From Candidatus Latescibacterota bacterium (lineage in GTDB: Bacteria > Latescibacterota > UBA2968 > SICM01): a DNA stretch of 64,000 bases. Below, piece by piece: positions 56,775-64,000 of the stretch. The DNA is taken from contig CBDCJO010000002.1 in NCBI GenBank assembly GCA_965217865.1, forward strand, positions 3,232,001 through 3,296,000, in the 5' to 3' direction. The stretch's first letter is position 1. Every line of letters begins with the position of its first letter. The translations under genes were made by a program, and so were the position numbers. Below the pieces are notes generated by a model. The model searched no databases. It was not told the origin of the DNA and saw nothing but the letters and a program-made list of their open reading frames with translations.

Positions 56775-57465
56775 TCGAACTCCGGTATGTCGTCACTCGC
56801 GACCGCCCAGTCTTCGCCGACCGGCGGATCGTCGCGACGGTAACTCGGCCCCGGCGGAGTCCACCACGCTTTCTCATCTGAGGCGAAGGTTGGGCTTAAC
56901 TCGAACTCACCATCCTCGTTGTGCTTACGGGCCGGAGGCGGCAGTGTCGGGTCGATATCTCGGCCGAAGAACTGCCACGGCCCTGCATAGGTCACCGGCT
57001 GATCATCGAAGAAGTCTGTCATGTGGAAGTTGTCCGCGATCCTTGCGGCCAGTTCGCGAAGGGCTATCCACTGGTACTTCTTCCCGAAGCGTTCAGCCTT
57101 GTGCTCGCTGCTGTGATCGGTCTGATGTCCTACTTGGTGCTGATCAAATTTGGCGAATGCCCGCGGGGTCCAACCAAGAGAGAGCACACGTTCGAAAACC
57201 CAGCGCTGCCCTAGCTCTACGGGATACTCCGCTTCTAGGTCACGCCTTGGCTGGACCGAGGAGAGCGGATACTGGCTGAAGTCCCGGAGTTTGGGTTTGA
57301 TGACATACTTTCCGAAGTCGCCCCAGAAGATCGAGATAAACAACTTTCTATACGGCCAATCTACACCGTCGTGCTTGTCCCTGTCGTACGCACGCTCAAG
57401 CTGTTTCTTCGTACGCGGTTTCCCGGGTGGAGCGGAGCCGTGCCCGGGCCGCACCTTGAACGGAT
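56775..57465 (-). pseudogene. Internal fragment of a large Avs/STAND-like defence protein
   Basis: AERFGKKYQWIA, RDIDPT motifs. Confidence 0.55.
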
Positions 57466-57479
57466 TGAGCAGACCGGAC

Positions 57480-57950
57480 AGGCCGCCTCCATGACGGCGC
57501 GCGGCGCGTCGGTGCGTTCCGACGCCCAGTCGCGGAAGCTCGACCGGAACCCGTGAGGCACCGCCGGAATGCCGAGTTCCCACAGCAGCTTGGAAAGTGT
57601 TGCGTCTGACAGCGGTTTGCTATATCTTATACCGGAAGATACCAGACCGGTCTCCTCCTGGGCGAGAGTCCGCGCTACGCTCAGGACTTCCAGCGCCCGC
57701 CCGGACAGCGGCACCCGGTGGGGACGCTTCGCCTTCATGCGCTCGCCGGGGATGGTCCACTGGCGGGCTTCCAGGTCGATTTCGTCCCACCGGGCCAGGC
57801 GGACCTCGCCCGAACGGCACGCCGTCAGCACCAGGAACTCGAAGGCCAGCTTCGCGGCCAGAGAAGCTATCCGAAGCCTGCACCGCCTCTATTGCGCATG
57901 CAACCTCGCCGTGGGGAAGCGCCCGCTGGTGGCGCTTGATATCGCCTTCT
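57480..57950 (-). pseudogene. P4-like integrase catalytic fragment
   Basis: LTACRSGEV, RMKAKRPHRVPLS, HGFRSSFRDW; catalytic Tyr region missing. Confidence 0.9.
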
Positions 57951-59029
57951 CGGGATGCCGGCCACGCCTGCGCCCGGGCGCGCGCCGAAGTGATTATGAA
58001 TATTGAACCCAATAAGCTCAATGTCGGCGGTCAGGACTTCCGCGTCAAGTATAATCCATCGGCTCTGGGCGGCGCTTTTGTCTATAGCCCGAAGACGCGG
58101 TACCGGGGTGTCCAGCGCAATCTAATCTGGTGGGCGCCGGTTCCGAAGAGGGGAGGTACCGTTAAGGTCTATCCCTTGAATGGCCCGTCTCAGATGGTTA
58201 CGCCGGGCCTGGAATTTCCTATGCGGGCGGGTTTAACTAAAGCGCCCCAGGCGTACAAGGTTAATAAGTACATCTGGGGACGATAGTATAAAGGATACCC
58301 TTCGCGATATGAAGTGGATTGTAGGATTGATCGACGCGAGGGCATCAAAGCCGAACCGTCCAAAGACCTACTCCCCTCGAATTTCAAACTGAGACCCATA
58401 TTCGTCAGATCTGGTGGAGCAAAGGGAAGTTCAAGGAGGGAAGATGCCCCATCCCCACGGCAGTATCCGGTTTTCAAACCGTTCTTCCAGACCCCGTACA
58501 AGGTCGCTTTACCTCAATCGTGCCACCCGTCAGGTTCAGTTTTCGAGGCTTGCCATACCCATTGCGATAGCCAGAAATTAAATCGACTCCAGAATGCCGT
58601 TCGTAAGGACATCGACCCCAAAAGGCGGTTACCTTTTCCTCCTGCAATCTCCTTTGAATCTCACCGTGTATCCACTCTTTAAGCGCCTCCCAAGGCTCTC
58701 GATGGGGCGATCACCAAAGCATCCGTGGGGGTAGACAGGCCACCGGTTAAGCCCTGTGGACCGAAGGAAGCGGGGCACCTAGGTGCAGTGTGTTGACCGA
58801 CCGGCGGGGTGCCCCTTTGTCAGTCGTGGTGCCCCCTGCTAATACCCACAACAAAGACCGTCGCCCTGAAGACGCTGGATGTAATCGCGGTTGATGGGCG
58901 GAGTCCTTGAACGCGACCATATCCTGCACGGCGGAAAACGAGGTGAACTTCCACATACTTCTGCCACCGTCAAGAATCTACCCTGCTCGTCGCTGGGTCG
59001 TCGAATGTACCCACGCTTGGCACAACCCA

Positions 59030-59705
59030 GGGGGATGCGTCGCTTGAGGCATTGCCTGGTCAGTACGCTGAGCTCGATTTCGGCGATGTTGAGCCAGCTA
59101 TCGTGTTTCGGCGTGTAGCGTAGTTCAAGACACCCAACGCGCGTGCCTTCGAGGGTAGAAAGGCTTCGTAAAGCTGGCGGATCGATCCAGCCACTCGCGT
59201 TCTCCTTCTGTCAGACGAACAATGTACTTCTTCTTAGGCATACCGATGGCTCATTCACATGCGTAGTGCTGTAGCCGTCCCCACAACGATTCAATTTCTC
59301 GGCCCGTTGGCCGCATCAAGTATATAACTACGCTGCTTGAGGTGGACTACCCGGATGCGGAAGTCGTGGTCCTGGTCTGCGACAACCTCAGTACTCACAC
59401 CATCGCATCTCTCTACGAGGCCTTCCCACCCGAAAAGGCCCGTTCTCTAGCCAAACGCCTCGGATTGCGCTACACCCCCAAGCACGGCAGCTGGCTCAAT
59501 GTCGCCGAGATCGAACTGAGCGTCCTTGCCAGACAATGCCTGCACAGCCGCATTCCTGACCTGCAGACCCTCACCAACCAGGTGGAGGCCTGGAAATGTG
59601 ATCGAAACGAGAAACACAGAACCATTGATTGGCAGTTCAGGACCACCGACGCCCGCATCAAACTGAAGAAGCTCTATCCCAAGTTTTAGGTGTCAGGGTG
59701 TACTA
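59030..59705. mobile_element. Two divergent IS630 C-terminal fragments (59030-59175 minus; 59335-59705 plus)
   Basis: YTPKH.SWLN.AEIE in both. Confidence 0.85.
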
Positions 59706-59882
59706 GTTTGGGGTTGAAAAGCTTGTGGTAAACCTTCGCCTGATCAACGGAATGGACTGAAAGGGAGGGGATATGAGCATCAGGAAGAAGCCCGGAAGGA
59801 GTCTGCTCATACCACGGCCAAGTGCGATCGATCTGCCAAAACGAATGTTCGAACCGAAGATCAAAAGTGGAGAACCATCGGG

Positions 59883-60308
59883 ATGAAAAAGAAGGATTGG
59901 ATTCTATTAGCCCTTCTGGCCGCAAAGGACTACAGATTACAGCCGGTACAGTTACAGAAGAGCCTTTTTCTGTTGAGCGAATCCGGGCTTCTGGGGGGGC
60001 GCAGTTTCTACAAGTTCGAGCCGTATCACTATGGCCCGTTTTCGCATGAGGTATATAAAGAGGCCGACCGGATGGTCCTTGAGGGACTGATCGTCGTGTT
60101 GCCCGTACCGGGCGTGCGCTGGCGAGAATACTGGATCACAGAAGAGGGCAAGATAGCCGCAGAAAAAATCGCGACGAAACCGGAGCAGCCTTGGGAATAT
60201 TTGAAGCTGCTTGTCACGTGGATTCAGGATCTTTCGTTCCAGGATCTGATCAAAACGATCTACGCGCACTTCCCAGCCTACAAGGTCAACAGCGTTTTCG
60301 GAGAGTAA
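59883..60308 (+). CDS. YwgA/SocA(DUF4065)-like winged-helix protein
   Basis: LQKSLFLL, FEPYHYGPFS..VY, Y..TEEG. Confidence 0.75.
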   Translation: MKKKDWILLALLAAKDYRLQPVQLQKSLFLLSESGLLGGRSFYKFEPYHYGPFSHEVYKEADRMVLEGLIVVLPVPGVRWREYWITEEGKIAAEKIATKPEQPWEYLKLLVTWIQDLSFQDLIKTIYAHFPAYKVNSVFGE

Positions 60309-60310
60309 CA

Positions 60311-61090
60311 GTGACTCTGATCGTAGGGATCTTATGTAAAGACGGAGTGGTCGTGGGATCAGACGGAGCGGCGACACTCGGATCACTCGGTTCCCAGACG
60401 GCTCGTCAGCCAACGAAAAAGCTCTGCGGCGTCGGGAATCGAATCATCGTTGGCGTATCTGGCCCCGTTGGGATGTCTCAACTACTGGTTGATCAAGTTG
60501 AATCTCTCAATGGGACAAACAAGCTGTCCAAAACGCAGTGCAAGAGCGCTGCTGATGCCATGCGTACCATCAGCACTGAATTCAAGAAAGACATCATCCC
60601 AGCAGCGCAAACGGCGCAAAGTGTAGCCAATCTCGTCGGACATCAAAACGCAGCCACGAGTGCCTTATGTTCAAGTGTTGTGGCCTTGCCGGTCAAGGGA
60701 AAGCCCACACTTCTTCAGTTCGATTACCAAGGTGCCGGAGAAGCTGCGAGCGAGGATCTTCCCTTTCTTTCGGTCGGGAGCGAACAGAAGACGGCAGACC
60801 CATTCTTGGCGTTTATCAGAAGGCTATTCTGGGAGAAACGTTTGCCAAAATTGGCGGAAGGCGTCTTTGCAACCACTTGGACGCTAAAGCAGGCAATCCG
60901 AACGAGCACCGGCGGGGTTTCGGATCCTATCCAATTGATGGTGCTGGAAGCAGATAGGGTGAGGGATATCACATCTGAGTTGGATGACCACGAAGCGAAT
61001 GTTGAAGCCTTGGAAGATCATATCAGAGAATTCAGCACTGAATACAGCAAAGTAGAGCCTGATTCGATGCCCAAACCGCCTGAACCCTAA
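60311..61090 (+). CDS. Proteasome-beta-like Ntn hydrolase
   Basis: GTG start then TLIVGILCKDGVVVGSDG (Thr1, Asp17), TKKL, VGVSG, SVGS, GGVSDPI. Confidence 0.75.
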   Translation: MTLIVGILCKDGVVVGSDGAATLGSLGSQTARQPTKKLCGVGNRIIVGVSGPVGMSQLLVDQVESLNGTNKLSKTQCKSAADAMRTISTEFKKDIIPAAQTAQSVANLVGHQNAATSALCSSVVALPVKGKPTLLQFDYQGAGEAASEDLPFLSVGSEQKTADPFLAFIRRLFWEKRLPKLAEGVFATTWTLKQAIRTSTGGVSDPIQLMVLEADRVRDITSELDDHEANVEALEDHIREFSTEYSKVEPDSMPKPPEP

Positions 61091-61159
61091 GCAAACCGTA
61101 TAAAATGCAATGATGTAATTGTTTATACGCGGCATAGAAAAGGCGATTTTTTCGTATGA

Positions 61160-61600
61160 GGTCAGTCGAGTTCGCCACGCAGCCACCGGGCCAGCGCCTT
61201 CTTCGGAGAAGAGATCTCCCTCACAGACGTATAGTAGTAGTCTTCCCACCCCCATTCAGGGAGACCGGTGAAGAGCATGAGGTTCAGGGGATAGACTTCG
61301 GAGTCTGTACATCTTCTTAAATCGTCGCGGAAGAGGAAGGTCTTCCGAGTTCTACCATGACGCCTTCGTCGGGCGGGGTACCGTTCACGATCGCAAAAAT
61401 ACCGTCCGCCTCGACAACGTCCTTCAGGTCAGCCTGTCCCACCTTGTATGCCCATCCGGACGCGGTGAAGTCGATCTGATTGTTTCGCTCCCACACCTCC
61501 GCTCCCAGCGAACCGATCGCCTCTACAAAGGCGGGAAGCAGTCCTTGTCTCTGCTGCTGTGAAAACCCGTAGGGGTTTGCCAGGTAAACGCTCTTCTTCA
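61160..61600 (-). pseudogene. Nucleoside 2-deoxyribosyltransferase-like gene with small deletions
   Basis: VYLANPYGF, PDEGVMVELG, frameshift to TFLFRDD. Confidence 0.8.
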
Positions 61601-61844
61601 CGGTCGGACTCCTTTCTTGAACGGTCACGGATGGGCTACAGCATCCACGGATGAAGAGAACCGGAGGTCCCGTGAGTTTCACGCAACCGGTTCAGCGTCG
61701 TTCCTTGACGAAGCTGCGTTCGACGAGGCTTGGCTATTACCTTTGTGGTGATTGCCGTCAGTGCAGAAAGTGTTATAGACGAAAGGATGCTACGTGACAT
61801 GAATGGTGAGTCGATATGGCGTCCGTGCAAGAGCGAAGACCCGA

Positions 61845-62161
61845 GTAAACCACCCCGCCCAAAGGGCGGGGCATTAACCACTCCCACCCCCAAAATCTTC
61901 TGCTATCCGATGAAACAGCTTGCCCACATACGCTCGTTGGTCACCTCCCAGAACCCATTTCCGGTACTTCGGTGCCCATACCAGAGGATACTGGCTATCA
62001 TAGACTGCGTGACTGGTCCGTCGGAGTCCCATCGTATGCCTCCTGAGTCGATTTGTGTCTCAGTGGTCTGAACACGATAAGACATCCTTTTAGCTTGCCT
62101 TCGGCAAGCTAAACTTTTCCTCCCCTTCCAAAGGAAGGGGTATCCAAGTTCAAATACTTTC
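61845..62161 (-). mobile_element. Internally deleted copy of the IS200-type element
   Basis: Both ends retained; 288 bp (46538-46825 equivalent) missing between TTTGG repeats. Confidence 0.9.
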
Positions 62162-62473
62162 ATGAAGCCCCCAGTATCCACCTCGCAGAGATGTGGGCTG
62201 GAGATTCCGTGTCAATAAAAGCCACCGGATCCTAGGAACCACGTGTAATAAAGCACATGAACGCATTGCACAACCGTCCCCTGGTCTAGGGATAACGACG
62301 ATGGTTTCCGCCAAGCATTGATCGCAACCCTTCGCCGATCGCTTGATCAATCCTGATGACCGTCTACGGAACAGAAGGCTGTTCCGGTCTCCTCCATCAA
62401 TGCTCATGCTTTCTCCCAATCAGTCCTGTCGTTTTCTTGTGTCTGGGGAACATGAGAAAATGACGGAAACCCA

Positions 62474-62545
62474 ATGCAGAGCAAACGAGACGGCTTGGTT
62501 CCCATCGGTGAAGTCTTCGGCGGCCTGGACGGGCCAGTGATCGTG
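62474..62545 (+). pseudogene. repA start fragment
   Basis: MQSKRDGLVPIGEVFGGLDGPV. Confidence 0.7.
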
Positions 62546-62842
62546 CTTCCATCCGGGTTCTGCCGGACATGCTCCTTGGCCGTGACCGTGGGCTCCAGCG
62601 CGGCCTTCTGGATAACAACAAGGTTCGAGACTTTGAGATCCGCCTCGGTCTTTTTTATGGACTCCAAAAAATGACAAAATTGACCCGATTTCGCCGCCGC
62701 GCCAGCTCGGAGCCAGCGATAGAAAGTCCTTTCGCTGATTCCCGCCACCCGGCAGGCGTCTTTGTTCGAGAGGCCCCTTCCGAACACTTTCAGCGATCTC
62801 GGCCCCGAGCTCGGGTGTCAGCTTTGTTTTACGTCCCACCAT
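62545..62842 (-). pseudogene. HTH / terminase-small-subunit-like gene, frameshifted and truncated
   Basis: GRKTKLTPEL then DACRVAGISERTFYRWL in another frame. Confidence 0.65.
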
Positions 62843-63412
62843 CGTTCACCTTCGCTGCCTTGAGCCGCGCCTGTCTCGCGCGCGGGCGAGGGTTGCCTTG
62901 TTCCGCGAGCCAGTGGGCCGTCCGGCTCCGGGGCGCCACAGGCGCGCCTCGATACCGGGGTGAGTCAAAGGCGCTACGGCCAAACCTCGACCTAACGGCC
63001 TTTTAGAGGGAGGCCCAAGGGGCCAAACTCAGGGGGTCTCGGCGCGCGTCTTCCTTATCCCTGAGGACGTGTGGAGCGTAACCCATCCTTGCCGCCCTCC
63101 CTGCCAACCGATCCAGGAAGGAGTTCGCCGCCGTGAGCCGTACGCCTGGGGGCGCTTCCGGGTCTTCGGCAATGTCTGCAACGACTTCAAGCATCGCGCC
63201 CAGCCGGTCCCTAGCGAGGACCTTGTCCTTGCTTGACGACGTCTGGCGAAGCCAAATAAATAGTCTTGACAAAACGATCGCGAGTTGGTCTACGCCTGGG
63301 CAGATACCCCGTCAGGGCACAAAAACCTGTACAAAGAATCCCCCGCCAAGCACCTTCGTCCTATGTGTTCCAAGTGTTACAGCATGGCCGTTAATTCAAT
63401 GAGGATCAGAAA

Positions 63413-63664
63413 GTGAACGTTCGGATTCAAAGGCGGCGGACCAAAGGATGGCGATCCCCACGGGGATCAATTTACGTCGGGCGGCCGTCAAGATGGGGAA
63501 ACCCTTTCACGGGGCCTGGCTGCGTGGATAAGTATCGGGTTTGGTTTTTATCTCAACCCGGCATGCTTGCCGAAGCGAAGGAAAAATTAACAGGCCATGA
63601 CCTGTCGTGCTGGTGTCCGCTTGGTGCACCTTGTCATGCAGACGTTATTCTGGATTATCTTTGA
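63413..63664 (+). CDS. DUF4326-family protein
   Basis: YVGRPSRWGNPF, LSCWCP, CHADV. Confidence 0.88.
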   Translation: MNVRIQRRRTKGWRSPRGSIYVGRPSRWGNPFTGPGCVDKYRVWFLSQPGMLAEAKEKLTGHDLSCWCPLGAPCHADVILDYL

Positions 63665-63678
63665 TGGGAGGAAGTGAG

Positions 63679-64000
63679 ATGTTCAAGACTATCTTTCTGT
63701 TATCGATGTTTGCGGTCGCGCCAATCGAGGCGAAGCTGCTGCCGCTTGGTTCTTACGTTTCCATCATCGGAGGACCTGTATTCGTAAACGACGCAGAGTT
63801 AATATCAAGCGGTCGCGTGCGTGGGTCGTTGATAGTGGCCCAAAACGTCTCTAAGTTTGACACTGGCTTTAATACTCGTGGGGCGTTTGGCAGCAAAATT
63901 AATGGATGGCCGTTCCGGGTCGAAGGTGAGATCGGATATCGCAATACTAAGATCAAAGCCCTTCCCTATAAATCCTGGATCAGAGATGGCAAATCCACCA
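63679..64000 (+). CDS. Outer-membrane beta-barrel protein, runs off window
   Basis: Signal-like start, FRVEGEIGYR. Confidence 0.65.
   Translation, partial: MFKTIFLLSMFAVAPIEAKLLPLGSYVSIIGGPVFVNDAELISSGRVRGSLIVAQNVSKFDTGFNTRGAFGSKINGWPFRVEGEIGYRNTKIKALPYKSWIRDGKST

Noticed and set aside
19650-57950. Tyrosine recombinase fragments as the integron integrase
   Set aside because: Phage/P4-type motifs, all incomplete, no IntI features
58730-58900. Possible structured RNA or tnpB 3' remnant
   Set aside because: Only loose resemblance; no supporting ORF or convincing fold
59117-59335. Possible third mini-element bounded by AGCGTAGTT / AACTACGCT
   Set aside because: Left arm is IS630 coding sequence (LELRY) and there is no duplication
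60191-60310. Upstream start for the Ntn hydrolase ORF
   Set aside because: Overlaps the preceding gene; GTG at 60311 gives the expected Thr1

Overview
Accessory region with no recognisable core genes, rRNA or tRNA. It is a patchwork of dozens of gene fragments with a minority of intact genes. Main components: (1) an integrase-less integron cassette cluster (attC sites at ~6.6-15.4 kb, remnants at 18.3, 54.3 and 55.3-56.7 kb). Two of its attC sites are split by different intact IS110-family elements whose long 3' non-coding ends contain candidate bridge/seek-RNA guides. (2) Intact defence-type genes: type ISP RM, fused MTase-BsuBI/PstI RM, ABC-ATPase-TOPRIM fusion, HEPN-motif proteins, DUF2806, an HNH-like protein, and a YwgA/SocA-like gene paired with a proteasome-beta-like gene. 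(3) Repeated broken pieces of mobile-element backbones (repA x4, tyrosine integrases, relaxase, primase tail, terminase-like HTH). (4) Many IS elements and two IS1595-like mini-elements. (5) An orphan 10-repeat CRISPR array without cas genes or leader. Two paired copies show deletions at 5-8 bp microhomologies, suggesting erosion by deletion, but assembly chimerism cannot be excluded without reads. Family names come from motif recognition only; no searches were run, and fragment boundaries are approximate.
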